In this document: in pieces, positions 9,725 to 19,515 of the stretch | How positions within the stretch are numbered: position 1 is the stretch's first letter | Layout: each line of letters starts with the position of its first letter | Assembly (NCBI GenBank): GCA_964586065.1 | Contig: CAZPFW010000001.1 | Span: forward strand, 28,086-92,085 | Origin: an uncultured Candidatus Saccharibacteria bacterium | Lineage (GTDB): Bacteria; Patescibacteriota; Minisyncoccia; Minisyncoccales; CSSED10-335 | Direction: 5' to 3' | DNA: 64,000 nt | Notes under the pieces: model-generated | The model's database searches: none | The model's input: the letters and a program-made list of their open reading frames with translations, nothing else | What the model was told of the DNA's origin: nothing | Translations under genes and position numbers: made by a program

Positions 9725-9967
9725 TTAAAAGATACCCATCTTTTGAGCCGCCAATGATTGAACTTTTCTAAAAGCTTCGTTTATCCCATCTTTCACGATT
9801 TTTTCTTGATCTTTCGGTGACAGATTGTTATTGAGTGAAATGCTCTCAATCTCCATTTTCCCGTTGACAATTATGATAACACCGTCTTTTTCGATTTCAA
9901 TCTTTTCTTTTTTAAGCGAATCCTGAAGATCCTTTAATTGCTTAATCTGTTTTAGTTTATCAAACAT
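9725..9967 (-). CDS. YbaB/EbfC nucleoid-associated protein
   Basis: Size and the LQ..L..GV.I.VNG..I..I pattern. Confidence 0.85.
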   Translation of the reverse strand: MFDKLKQIKQLKDLQDSLKKEKIEIEKDGVIIIVNGKMEIESISLNNNLSPKDQEKIVKDGINEAFRKVQSLAAQKMGIF

Positions 9968-9977
9968 TTTGGTTGAT

Positions 9978-10565
9978 TTAATCGTTTATAATTTTTTTCA
10001 GAGTTTGAAAATCATTGATCAACAACTCTTTCTTACTTCTGTCATAAATTACGCTTGCAGGATGAAAGAGCGGTAATATCTTAATGTCCTTAGTAAAAAA
10101 GACTTTTCCTCTTATCATACTGATGGGAGCAATCTTATCTTTTTCCCCAAATTTTTCAAGAATAAAGTACGAAGAGAATCTTCCCAAAGTTACAATTATT
10201 TTCGGCTCTATTATTTTTAACTGTTCTTCCAGAAACGGTGCATAAGCCTCAATCTCTTCCGGGAGGAGATCTCTGTTATTTGGCGGACGATCTTTTACGA
10301 TATTTGTTATATAGACATCTTCTCTTTTCATCTCAATTGATTCAAAGAGTTCGTCTAATATTTTCCCCGCGCTCCCACAAAAAGGCTTTCCTGTAAGAGA
10401 TTCGTTTTTTCCCGGGGCCTCTCCTATAAAGATGACTTTTGCATCATGGGAGCCTTCCCCTATTACGGGGAAAGTTCCATTCTTCTTTCTCTCTTCAGCC
10501 AAGGAAGAACCGTTGAAAGAGAGAACGGCATCTTTTATTTTCTTCATCTGATCTCTTTTATTCAT
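9978..10565 (-). CDS. Uracil-DNA glycosylase family 4
   Basis: GEAPG, GKPFCG, RPPNNR, HPA motifs. Confidence 0.92.
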   Translation of the reverse strand: MNKRDQMKKIKDAVLSFNGSSLAEERKKNGTFPVIGEGSHDAKVIFIGEAPGKNESLTGKPFCGSAGKILDELFESIEMKREDVYITNIVKDRPPNNRDLLPEEIEAYAPFLEEQLKIIEPKIIVTLGRFSSYFILEKFGEKDKIAPISMIRGKVFFTKDIKILPLFHPASVIYDRSKKELLINDFQTLKKIIND

Positions 10566-10581
10566 TAAAAGATTTTTTATT

Positions 10582-11649
10582 TTACAACGCCAATCTGTTA
10601 TCTGATTTAGAAAGTTCCTCTACAAAAACTTTCAACTCTCTTGGAGAGAGATTGGTTTTTATCTTTTTCTTAATTGATAAGATCAAATCCTTTATCTCTT
10701 TGGATGTTTTACCGGAATCTTCTTTGACTTTTTTGAGAGTTTCATTTTCCATTCTCATTCTGAATATCTTTTTTTCATCTTTGTTTAAAAAATTACTCTC
10801 TTCAATCTTTCTGACAACATCATCGCTATTTGTTATATAAAAGAGATCTTTCTGCATCTTCTCATCAGTCCCAACTCTTTCGGCTTTTCCAGAGATTATG
10901 TTTTCATATTTACGACACCAAAAACATCGATTATAGGGAGAATCGCATGAAAAATTTGAAGTATCTATCGTCTCTTTAATCTTGATGGCTTTCTTTTTTA
11001 TTTTAACCAAGGCTTTCTCCGAATCAACGCTTTTTTGAGTTGTTAAATTTGAGCTTGTTTCCAAATACCAATAACTTAATTTTTCAACCTCTTTCTTATA
11101 ATTACTTTTAGCTAATATCTGATATATCGGAAGCTGAAGAGAATCGGAGCTCTCTTTACTCTTGCCTGTCTTAAAATCTATAATATGAAGAGAATCATTG
11201 GGAAGTACCTCAATCCAATCAAAACTTCCAACCAACTGAATCCCGTCATAGAGAGTCATTTTTGGTAAATTATCGTCTCTTCTCAATGCTTTTTTAGAAA
11301 GAATATCAGACTTCTCCACTTTCTTTATCATGTTCACTCCCCTTTTTTTAAACTCGGCTTCTTGCTTGGGTGATACAAAACCACCAACCTTGCCTTCATA
11401 ACGGCTCCAGACACGTTCTAATCGCCCCAAGAGAGAAGTTTTTATCCTTTTTGAGGGTGATAAATCGAGTAGCTCATCTATCACTTCGTGAACCGCCGAT
11501 CCCAAGGAGATGTAAGGATTAACAATTTGAACCCTGTTTCCGGTATCAGGATTTCTGTAGATGTTTGCAAAATAGTAGAGACGAGAGCAATTGTCAAAAT
11601 TTCTAATTGCGGAATGCGATATCCATAATGTTTCTTTAGAATCAATCAT
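10582..11649 (-). CDS. PD-(D/E)XK (RecB/Cas4-like) nuclease with C-terminal helical extension
   Basis: SHS..C..Y, GSAVH, GSFD..IIDFKTG, QLPIY, Cys cluster CDSPYNRCFWC. Confidence 0.85.
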   Translation of the reverse strand: MIDSKETLWISHSAIRNFDNCSRLYYFANIYRNPDTGNRVQIVNPYISLGSAVHEVIDELLDLSPSKRIKTSLLGRLERVWSRYEGKVGGFVSPKQEAEFKKRGVNMIKKVEKSDILSKKALRRDDNLPKMTLYDGIQLVGSFDWIEVLPNDSLHIIDFKTGKSKESSDSLQLPIYQILAKSNYKKEVEKLSYWYLETSSNLTTQKSVDSEKALVKIKKKAIKIKETIDTSNFSCDSPYNRCFWCRKYENIISGKAERVGTDEKMQKDLFYITNSDDVVRKIEESNFLNKDEKKIFRMRMENETLKKVKEDSGKTSKEIKDLILSIKKKIKTNLSPRELKVFVEELSKSDNRLAL

Positions 11650-11659
11650 TTCACTGTTA

Positions 11660-11863
11660 TCAATCTCGGCTTTCCTTGCGATTCAATTTGTAAGACCAGT
11701 AACTCATAAATCCCGCAAAGACTACAATCAGAGCGCTGTACCATCCCGGGATGTTTTTTGCTCCCACTAAGATATCCAATTCAAGGGCTAATCTGAGAAA
11801 GTGAAGAATTGAAACAAGAGCAAACAGAATTGTTAGTATAAAAAGGAAAATGTTCTTTTTCAT
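11660..11863 (-). CDS. Small two-TM membrane protein
   Basis: Hydrophobic helices, HFLR motif. Confidence 0.7.
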   Translation of the reverse strand: MKKNIFLFILTILFALVSILHFLRLALELDILVGAKNIPGWYSALIVVFAGFMSYWSYKLNRKESRD

Positions 11864-11875
11864 CCTGTTATTTTA

Positions 11876-13030
11876 TCATTTTAAATCTTTTTGAGCAATT
11901 AACTCCTCAAAAATCTTGACTTGCTTATCTATCATTGTTTGTTCGGAGAAATTTTTATCTACAAATATTTTAGCTCTTTTAACCATCTCTTTGGTCTCTT
12001 CCGAGTTTTTCAAAACAGATTTTAATTTTTCAATAAAATCATCAAAATTATCGGCTACGGCGGCAACTTCTTTTAGGTAAACTTCTTCTTGAATCGGAGA
12101 CTTGAGTGCAACAACCGGTATTTCCGCAGCCATCGCTTCTCCAATAACTAATCCTTGAGTTTCGGTTTGTGAAGAAAAGATAAAAACGTCAGCGCCTCCA
12201 TAGACGGCTTGAGCTTCTTCTTTAGGTAATCCTCCGGAGAAAAACACCTTATCGTCTATTTTCAATTCTTCGGCTTCTTCAATCATTTCTTCAATGTCTC
12301 CGGGACCAACAAAAAGAGCCACAGCATTGAATCCGAGATCGTTGATCTTTTTGGTGGCTTTTAGCAATACCTCAAGATTCTTCTCTTTTGAAACTCTTCC
12401 CACATGAAGAAGTATTTTGGAAGAGGGATCAATTCCAAATTTTTTACAAATTTCCGCTTTTGTGGATTGTTTTTTTGGAATGGAAATTCCGGTGGGAATT
12501 ACATGAATCGGGGTCTTTACTCCATAATTGATAAGCTTTCTCTTCATCATTTCACTTGGAATTATGACAGAGTCGGCTTTATTACAGACAGTCTTGGACC
12601 GCAGTCTCATTGTTGTTGCCCCGATGGGACCCGCATAAATTCTACCGTATTCCTCCACCATCGTATGATAAAAGACAACTTTCGGTTTCTTGCTCTTGAA
12701 GATGAATCTCTCAAAAGCATTGGGAGTCCATGTAATGGTATGGAGCCAATAGGCATCCGGATTAAACTCATCGTTTATCTCTTTTATCTTATTATAAGCT
12801 CCAAAACCGAAAGTTCGCTCTTCTTTTCCAATCAAAACACCGACACTTTTAGTTATTAAAGAGGATGGAGCCAAATAATGTTCTTTTCTAGTTTTTCCAA
12901 TTCCGTAATCGGGAGAAACGATAATGGTCTTAATTCCTTTCTTATTAAAGCCGTCGATCGATCTGTTTATCGATATTGTCACTCCGTTTGGTAATGAGTA
13001 AGTCAGTGAACCAATTAAAATTTTCATCAT
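11876..13030 (-). CDS. GT4 glycosyltransferase
   Basis: NGV, VGRVSKEKN, ETQGLVIGEAMA. Confidence 0.9.
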   Translation of the reverse strand: MMKILIGSLTYSLPNGVTISINRSIDGFNKKGIKTIIVSPDYGIGKTRKEHYLAPSSLITKSVGVLIGKEERTFGFGAYNKIKEINDEFNPDAYWLHTITWTPNAFERFIFKSKKPKVVFYHTMVEEYGRIYAGPIGATTMRLRSKTVCNKADSVIIPSEMMKRKLINYGVKTPIHVIPTGISIPKKQSTKAEICKKFGIDPSSKILLHVGRVSKEKNLEVLLKATKKINDLGFNAVALFVGPGDIEEMIEEAEELKIDDKVFFSGGLPKEEAQAVYGGADVFIFSSQTETQGLVIGEAMAAEIPVVALKSPIQEEVYLKEVAAVADNFDDFIEKLKSVLKNSEETKEMVKRAKIFVDKNFSEQTMIDKQVKIFEELIAQKDLK

Positions 13031-13671
13031 TTTTGTTTTTTAAAATCTTCTAACGAGGTGAGGTCGCTTTCCTTGAATTTTCCAACCCGCGTTCTTTTGA
13101 GAGACTTTAAATAAGCGCCGGTTTTTAATTTACTTCCAATATCTTCCGCCAACGATCTGATATAGACTCCTGGTCCGGTTACGACTCTGATTGAGAGTGT
13201 CGGATAATCATAAGAAAGAAGATTGATCTCTTTAACCAAAACTTTTCTTGGCTTTAAATCGGGATCCTGGCCTTTTCTGGCAATCTGATAAGACTTCTTA
13301 CCCCTTATTTTTATGGCGCTGAACCTGTGCGGCTTTTGATCGATTATTCCCTCAAACGCTTTTAAAACTTTTTTAATTTCTTTAATTGTTGGCTTCCTGC
13401 TACTGGTTTCCGATATCGGTCCTTCCCCGTCTCCCGTAAGGCTGGTTTTTCCAAGCATCACTTCCGATAAATATTCCTTATCCTCTTTTTGAAGAGCATG
13501 TAATTTTTTTGTATTTTTTCCGCCAACACCGATAATCAACAATCCTTCGGCCAACGGGTCGAGCGTTCCCGCATGACCCACCTTATCAGCCTTGGTTAAT
13601 TTTTTGACTCTCTCCACTAATTGATGTGAAGTCAAGCCTTTGGGTTTGTAGATTGCAAAGACGCCCTCCAT
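13027..13671 (-). CDS. truB: tRNA pseudouridine(55) synthase
   Basis: KVGHAGTLDPLAEG, GVYIRSLAED, LKRTRVG. Confidence 0.95.
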   Translation of the reverse strand: MEGVFAIYKPKGLTSHQLVERVKKLTKADKVGHAGTLDPLAEGLLIIGVGGKNTKKLHALQKEDKEYLSEVMLGKTSLTGDGEGPISETSSRKPTIKEIKKVLKAFEGIIDQKPHRFSAIKIRGKKSYQIARKGQDPDLKPRKVLVKEINLLSYDYPTLSIRVVTGPGVYIRSLAEDIGSKLKTGAYLKSLKRTRVGKFKESDLTSLEDFKKQK

Positions 13672-14039
13672 TATAAAAATATGATGATAATAACAGTCAT
13701 AACAAAAGTTATGACAAGAGATGTCGTAAACAAGACGCGAAGCTTTCTTTCCTCAAAAAGAACAAAGTTTTCCAATTTCTTTTTGATTTTTCTTTTCGGA
13801 GAAAACAAAAAGATCGCTCCCAATAAAAAAAAGAAGCCAAAAAGAATAATATAGAGAAACGAATCACCTTTCTGATGCCATATCATAACAGAGAAAATCA
13901 AAGATAATAATCCCCAAACCCAAAAAGATAAAAAATATGAGATATTATAAATTAATCGTTTGACTTTCTGAGGTTTTAACAATCCGACAATTGAGAAAAA
14001 AACCGCCAACAATCCAACTAAGCCTAAAAGATGTTTCAT
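13671..14039 (-). CDS. Membrane protein
   Basis: About four hydrophobic helices; stop abuts the truB start. Confidence 0.7.
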   Translation of the reverse strand: MKHLLGLVGLLAVFFSIVGLLKPQKVKRLIYNISYFLSFWVWGLLSLIFSVMIWHQKGDSFLYIILFGFFFLLGAIFLFSPKRKIKKKLENFVLFEERKLRVLFTTSLVITFVMTVIIIIFL

Positions 14040-14048
14040 CTGATTTAT

Positions 14049-14366
14049 CTATTTTCTAATTATCTTCCTTCCAGTGGATCTTACTTTTCTAATCTTACCT
14101 ATTATAAAAGAATGGGTATCTTCTTCAAGTCCCAATGTTTTGGCGTTCAGTATGTGACCGGGAGATATTTCGTCTTTTTGGTAGATTAATTTTTGAGAAA
14201 AACGATCAACATCAACAAAGAATCCTTCCGGTTCTATTTCTCGCCACCCTTCAGGTGATCTCTCTGTTGCAGGATAATAAATTTCAACGGTTTCTCCCCT
14301 GGAGATCGCGGAAGCAACCACTTTCAAAACATTTCGGTAATCCATTATCTCGATTCTTTGAATCAT
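14049..14366 (-). CDS. Stand-alone WYL-like domain protein
   Basis: AI....V.I.Y...R.IEP...L.A...F.I.KI..V pattern of WYL domains; no HTH. Confidence 0.55.
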   Translation of the reverse strand: MIQRIEIMDYRNVLKVVASAISRGETVEIYYPATERSPEGWREIEPEGFFVDVDRFSQKLIYQKDEISPGHILNAKTLGLEEDTHSFIIGKIRKVRSTGRKIIRK

Positions 14367-14460
14367 CTTAATTCAATTATAGTTGTATATTGAAATTTTT
14401 TCCAGTCATTAAAAATTAATAATTGAAAAGCTTTTATAATTATAATAGACTAAAAAGTGT

Positions 14461-15960
14461 ATGAAGGTTCAAGATATAATCAACCTTATGGATTCGCCAT
14501 CAAAAGATGACACAAATCTTGTCTTAAGAGCTTTTAATTTTGCGGAATCGGCCCACAAAGATCAAAAAAGATTTTCCGGCGAACCTTATTTCACTCATGT
14601 ATATGAAACTGCAAAAACGTTGGCTAAGTTGGGAATGAGTGCGACGACAATATCAGCCGGTCTTTTACACGATTCTTTAGAAGACGGAGTTGCTTTGGAA
14701 GATGAAATTAGAGAGATTTTTGGAGCCGAGATTCTTTTTTTGGTTAAAGGAACCACTAAACTTGGAAAATTAAAATACAGAGGGGTTGAGAGACACACCG
14801 AAAGCCTTAGAAAGCTTTTTGTTGCAATATCTCAAGACATCAGAGTCATTATTATAAAATTGGCCGATCGTCTCCATAACATGATGACACTCGAGTATGT
14901 GCCGGAGCACAAAAGGAAAAGAATCGCCGCAGAAACGCTTGAAATATATGTTCCGATCGCTTATAGACTGGGAATCAGAAAATTTAACAGAAAACTTGAG
15001 GATTTGGCTTTTCCTTATGTCTATCCAAATGAGTATAAAAAGACCAAAGAATTATCAAGAGCAAGAGCTAAAGAAGATCAGCAAAGATTGGAGAGGTTTC
15101 AAAGAGCGGTTAAAAAAACTTTAGCAAAGAAAGGAATGACCGATTTTAACGTTGATTATAGACTTAAAACCCTCTATAGTCTTTTTAGAAAACTCGAAAG
15201 AAAAGATTGGAACATAGAGAAGATTTATGATATTTCAGCCTTGCGAATAATTGTTAACACTGTTGAAGACTGTTATATTGTATTGGGAATAATTCATGGC
15301 AGATGGAGACCTCTTCCAGGAAGAATCAAGGATTATATCGCTTTTCCGAAACCAAACGGTTACCAAGCTCTTCATACAACAATTTTTACCGGTTACGGCA
15401 ATGTTATAGAGATTCAGATTAAGACCAAAGAGATGCACAGGGAAGCTGAATTCGGTATCGCGTCTCACATCAACTACAAATCAAAAAATCACAAAGACAA
15501 GACCGATAATTTTCTATGGATAAGAAGGCTCCTTCCATTCAAGCCCAACTTCAAAGAGAATGAGCAAGAAAGCATTGATTTTAAAGACGTCCCGGCTTGG
15601 ATAAAAGAGTTGGTTGATTATCAAGAAAGCGAACATGGCAATATGGACAAAGAGGAGTTAAAAACGGATTTCTTTCAGCAAAGAATATTTGTGTTTACTC
15701 CAAAGGGAGATGTCGTTGATCTGCCTATAGACTCAACCCCGATAGATTTTGCCTATGCGATACACTCTGATATTGGAAACAGTGTTTCCGGAGCTAAAGT
15801 AAACGGTAAAATGACGTCACTTGAATCACCCTTGTTGAATGGAGATATTGTTGAGATTATGACAAAAAGATCCGGATTACCGAGAAGAAAATGGTTGGAT
15901 TATGTGAAAACTGCTTCTGCTCGGAAGCACATCAGAGCGGCGATTCAAAAATCAGATTAA
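14461..15960 (+). CDS. rel: RelA/SpoT (p)ppGpp synthetase/hydrolase (HD-SYNTH-TGS)
   Basis: LLHD, KLADRLHNM, KPNGYQALHT, TGS FTPKG..DFAYAIHS; no ACT domain. Confidence 0.93.
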   Translation: MKVQDIINLMDSPSKDDTNLVLRAFNFAESAHKDQKRFSGEPYFTHVYETAKTLAKLGMSATTISAGLLHDSLEDGVALEDEIREIFGAEILFLVKGTTKLGKLKYRGVERHTESLRKLFVAISQDIRVIIIKLADRLHNMMTLEYVPEHKRKRIAAETLEIYVPIAYRLGIRKFNRKLEDLAFPYVYPNEYKKTKELSRARAKEDQQRLERFQRAVKKTLAKKGMTDFNVDYRLKTLYSLFRKLERKDWNIEKIYDISALRIIVNTVEDCYIVLGIIHGRWRPLPGRIKDYIAFPKPNGYQALHTTIFTGYGNVIEIQIKTKEMHREAEFGIASHINYKSKNHKDKTDNFLWIRRLLPFKPNFKENEQESIDFKDVPAWIKELVDYQESEHGNMDKEELKTDFFQQRIFVFTPKGDVVDLPIDSTPIDFAYAIHSDIGNSVSGAKVNGKMTSLESPLLNGDIVEIMTKRSGLPRRKWLDYVKTASARKHIRAAIQKSD

Positions 15961-16401
15961 ATTTCCGTCTTTATCTATTTCTCTGTTTCGTATTCTTGTT
16001 GATGATATCGGCTTTCCATCTTTAGCCAAGACAAGATCAACCTCTACAATCTCCAAAGGGGTCTTTCCCTCTTTCTCTCTTTTTTCATTTATCTCTTCTG
16101 CGGTTTCTCTATTATCTTTTGTGACCACGATTCTTTCAAAAGAATCATCCAAACTAAACCCAATCGAATCTTCAATCTTTTTTATCTTAATATTTTTATT
16201 TTGAGAGCTCGCAAACTTTAAAATAGAGTTCTCTCTTTCTTTATAATCTTCAACCTCTCTCTGTTTTCTCTGCAAGGCCATCTTATTGGAAGTTAGTCCG
16301 ACAACAACAATTCCAAGTTTAAAAGCGTTTTCAAGAAGGGTTTCGTGACCTTTATGGAAAAGATCAAACGTTCCCCCAACAATTGTTTTTTTATCAATCA
16401 T
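15952..16401 (-). CDS. coaD: Phosphopantetheine adenylyltransferase, archaeal/eukaryotic type
   Basis: GGTFDLFHKGH, DGKPISSTRIR. Confidence 0.8.
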   Translation of the reverse strand: MIDKKTIVGGTFDLFHKGHETLLENAFKLGIVVVGLTSNKMALQRKQREVEDYKERENSILKFASSQNKNIKIKKIEDSIGFSLDDSFERIVVTKDNRETAEEINEKREKEGKTPLEIVEVDLVLAKDGKPISSTRIRNREIDKDGNLI

Positions 16402-16404
16402 TTT

Positions 16405-17082
16405 TTATTTATTTTTTAAAGTTAATAAACAAACCATCGTTTGAATATAGATTGGTTTATCTCTTCTGTAAGAAAAATAATCTTCATTAGAACAAAATGT
16501 GCAATCTGGGTGAACCTCAACATTTTTTACAAGAATTCCGGAGTGGATTAACCTGTCTTTAGCGTCTAATTTAAGATCGACAAAGGTTTTACTTCCTTTT
16601 TTTCTGACATTTTTGAATTTACTCGCAATCTCTTTTCCCACCTCAAAATGGTTTTTACAAATTCCAGGACCGATGATTGCTCTTAATTCTCTTAAATTCG
16701 ATCCAAATTCGTTTTTGTAAAGATTTACGGCATTCTCTATGATATTGCCAATCAATCCTTTCCATCCGACATGTAAGAGTCCAATGACATTTTTTCTTGA
16801 ATCAAACATGAAAAGAGGAAGACAATCGGCAACAGTCACGGATAGAAGAAATTCAGAATTATCGGTTATCAGCCCGTCACAATATTTAACCTCATTATTG
16901 TTGTTAACGATCTCCACCCTTGAAGAATGTCTCAATATCGGAACAATTAAAGTTTTATTTGATAACCCCGTTTCTTTGACAAAAGATTCGAGATTAGTTT
17001 TTCCGAGCGGAAGTCTCATGTTGCCGTTTTTTCTTTTTGACATTCTTGCAATCACTCCGTCCCCAATATTGAATTGTAGCAT
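16405..17082 (-). CDS. YfiH/PgeF family protein
   Basis: DGLIT, VADCLP, HVGWKG, FSYRR. Confidence 0.9.
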   Translation of the reverse strand: MLQFNIGDGVIARMSKRKNGNMRLPLGKTNLESFVKETGLSNKTLIVPILRHSSRVEIVNNNNEVKYCDGLITDNSEFLLSVTVADCLPLFMFDSRKNVIGLLHVGWKGLIGNIIENAVNLYKNEFGSNLRELRAIIGPGICKNHFEVGKEIASKFKNVRKKGSKTFVDLKLDAKDRLIHSGILVKNVEVHPDCTFCSNEDYFSYRRDKPIYIQTMVCLLTLKNK

Positions 17083-17128
17083 ATTTTATAGAAAAGGGAT
17101 GTTTGAGTACATCCCTTTATTTTAATGG

Positions 17129-17608
17129 CTAATTGGTGGGAGGAGATAAAATCTCTTTGATCAGTAGTGAAACTTTCTTGCCTCCGAGATCCATGACGGC
17201 CGTTTCTCCCAACTTCAGGTTTTGGATACATCTGCCCACCGGACTCTTTATCGATACTGGAGCGTAAGTATTGGAGTTGTTTCCATAATTTATATGACCT
17301 TCCAAAATGATCTTAATCTCTTCTTCACCATTGTAATCAATAACAGCTCTGTTGCCAATCTTTAGAACGTCGTTTTGATCTTCAGTGATCACTATTTGAG
17401 CCATATCTCTGATTGACTCCAGTTCTGTTAACCTTCTCTCAATAACTCTTTGGTTGAGAGAGTCTTGATGATATGCCGGATCAAAGTTGTCGCTTTTGAA
17501 ACATTGAACGCCTTTGGCTCGACTCTCTATAGCCTCCTTTAACCTCACTTTCTCATTTTGAATTTCAACCAGAAGAGCTTGATAAGTCCACGGAGTTACC
17601 ATTAACAA
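17129..17608 (-). CDS. GreA/GreB family protein (divergent)
   Basis: N-terminal coiled coil, SIKSPVGR C-terminal motif; own promoter, SD and terminator (17092-17118). Confidence 0.75.
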   Translation of the reverse strand: MLMVTPWTYQALLVEIQNEKVRLKEAIESRAKGVQCFKSDNFDPAYHQDSLNQRVIERRLTELESIRDMAQIVITEDQNDVLKIGNRAVIDYNGEEEIKIILEGHINYGNNSNTYAPVSIKSPVGRCIQNLKLGETAVMDLGGKKVSLLIKEILSPPTN

Positions 17609-17678
17609 TTTAAAAACCTCCCTTTTTAAAGATCTGTTAAGTATCTTTATTATACTACAAGATTTTTATTTTACAAGA

Positions 17679-18422
17679 TTAGAGAATTCCTTCTATTCCA
17701 TCTATTAAAATCACAATTTTCGATACCGTTGTAATCTGCTTTCCGGTTTTAATAATCTGTTCCTTGGCAAAAGCTCTATCATCGTCGTCAGAAAGTTCAT
17801 CTGTCAGATCACCACTGAAATTGAGATAGAGTGTTCTTTCTTCCAGTTTGACGGACAACAATTTCGTCTTTGGATTGATTGCAGAGTAAAAACCGTTGGC
17901 TTTTTCATTCGGATTGGGTCCTTCAATCAAGGATTCAAACAAGGTCATTGAGATTTGGTTTTTTGAGATATTCCTTGCGGTTGGAAAAAGATCTTTGCCC
18001 TCGCCAAGTTTTCTAAAAAAAATCGAAAGATTGATAAGATCTTCTTTATCACTCCCGACTTTTATCAATCTGTTATCCGTTTCGGAGAATATATTATCCG
18101 TTATTGCATTGACAACTTCTCCGTTTAAGACGAGGACGACTATTCTATGCATAACCAAATCTTCAACTAAGTCTTCCTTACTTCTATCTCCATAACCCCT
18201 ATATGTTGAGTTAAAATTGAAAGATATTGAGTAATCTTTAGACTCAATGAACTCAAGATTCGAACCGTCAAAAGTATAGGTGGGAGAATTGTTTAGAATC
18301 CATTCTTTGGCTATCTCTTCGGGAGTGACGACAAAACTCTTTTTTATTCTGGGTAAATACAGGATTCCGATAGTCAGAAGAGTTACTGTTATAATAATTA
18401 GAATTATTGTATTTTTTTTCAT
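17679..18422 (-). CDS. Membrane-anchored GerMN domain protein
   Basis: N-terminal TM; LIEGP..E, QIIKT.KQ..V..V.I.IDG. Confidence 0.75.
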   Translation of the reverse strand: MKKNTIILIIITVTLLTIGILYLPRIKKSFVVTPEEIAKEWILNNSPTYTFDGSNLEFIESKDYSISFNFNSTYRGYGDRSKEDLVEDLVMHRIVVLVLNGEVVNAITDNIFSETDNRLIKVGSDKEDLINLSIFFRKLGEGKDLFPTARNISKNQISMTLFESLIEGPNPNEKANGFYSAINPKTKLLSVKLEERTLYLNFSGDLTDELSDDDDRAFAKEQIIKTGKQITTVSKIVILIDGIEGIL

Positions 18423-18958
18423 CTTTTTGAGTTAATTAACTTGAAGTATTCTCTTTGAGCTTTAAAGATTATCTCTTTCGTTTCATATGGTTCAGATATC
18501 TCTTTAAAAATAAATTTCTGAAATTTACCCGCCGTTTCGATTTGTAAATCTCCATACTTGAAAATGGTCGGTATAAATCCTTTTATATCGACAGTTATGT
18601 CTTGTATCTTTACATGGGAAATACTGGATATGGATCTATTGAATATTGAATTAAGCTCAACGTGAATTGTCCTTTGATTGGTGATAATCCAATAGTCGAG
18701 ATAGTGAATTGTTAGAAAAACAAAAGTTACCTGCCAAAGTAGAATAAGGAGCAGGGATATTCCAAACAATATTGTCAAGAAAAAATCTTCCGGTAAAAAT
18801 TCATTTAAATCTCTCGAAATTGATAGAAAAGGAATTGTTATTGCGATCAGAAACACAAGGAGAAATGAGATAAGATAAGGAGTAATCTTCAAAAAGAGAG
18901 CAATCGGATGTCTTCTCTTTATTTTTAATGCCGATTCCCCTTCTCTTAATATATTCAT
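18419..18958 (-). CDS. Bacterial PH-domain membrane protein
   Basis: RRHP, WIITNQR, IQDITV, YGDLQIETAG; start set to ATG 18958. Confidence 0.8.
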   Translation of the reverse strand: MNILREGESALKIKRRHPIALFLKITPYLISFLLVFLIAITIPFLSISRDLNEFLPEDFFLTILFGISLLLILLWQVTFVFLTIHYLDYWIITNQRTIHVELNSIFNRSISSISHVKIQDITVDIKGFIPTIFKYGDLQIETAGKFQKFIFKEISEPYETKEIIFKAQREYFKLINSKR

Positions 18959-19146
18959 ATGGTAAAAAGTAAAATAATAAAGGAGGCGGTTATGAGAAAT
19001 AACGACCCCCACTTATAAATCAAAAGAAATTTTCTTGATCTCTTGTCCGGAAGATCAAATTTTTTAAAATGATAAAAGAGAATCCAACTCACACTCAGGG
19101 AGATTAGAATTATAAGAAAATAAGCAACAATAAAAACAGTGTTCAT
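18955..19146 (-). CDS. Small membrane protein
   Basis: Two hydrophobic helices, YHFKKF; overlaps next gene. Confidence 0.65.
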   Translation of the reverse strand: MNTVFIVAYFLIILISLSVSWILFYHFKKFDLPDKRSRKFLLIYKWGSLFLITASFIILLFTI

Positions 19147-19169
19147 AAGATCAATCTTATTATAATAAC

Positions 19170-19205
19170 AAAAAAAAACAAGGAGAATCAGATCTCCTTG
19201 TTTTT
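19170..19205. terminator. Bidirectional-type terminator
   Basis: AAAAACAAGGAGA/TCTCCTTGTTTTT inverted repeat. Confidence 0.75.
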
Positions 19206-19221
19206 CAAGAGAGGCAATAAA

Positions 19222-19473
19222 TTATTCTGCCTCAATCCCTTCCACGGTCTCTCCGGAATCTTCAATATCCACCTCGTTGACATCGGACTCTTCGAGGTTT
19301 ACTTCTTCAAACTGAGGTCCAAAATCTATATCAAACTCTGGTTCAGTAATCATCTCCTCTTCATCGATAATTTCCGGGGTTTCAATTTCTTGGTTGTTTC
19401 TAGTTGCAAAAATCAAAATCAGCGCAAGAACAACAACAACTACAAGAATTATAATGATAGACTTTTTTGACAT
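19222..19473 (-). CDS. Single-TM microprotein with acidic tail
   Basis: N-terminal hydrophobic helix, Glu/Asp-rich remainder. Confidence 0.75.
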   Translation of the reverse strand: MSKKSIIIILVVVVVLALILIFATRNNQEIETPEIIDEEEMITEPEFDIDFGPQFEEVNLEESDVNEVDIEDSGETVEGIEAE

Positions 19474-19515
19474 TTCTCAATCATTTTAAGGTTATCTTTT
19501 AAAATCATCGACCTT

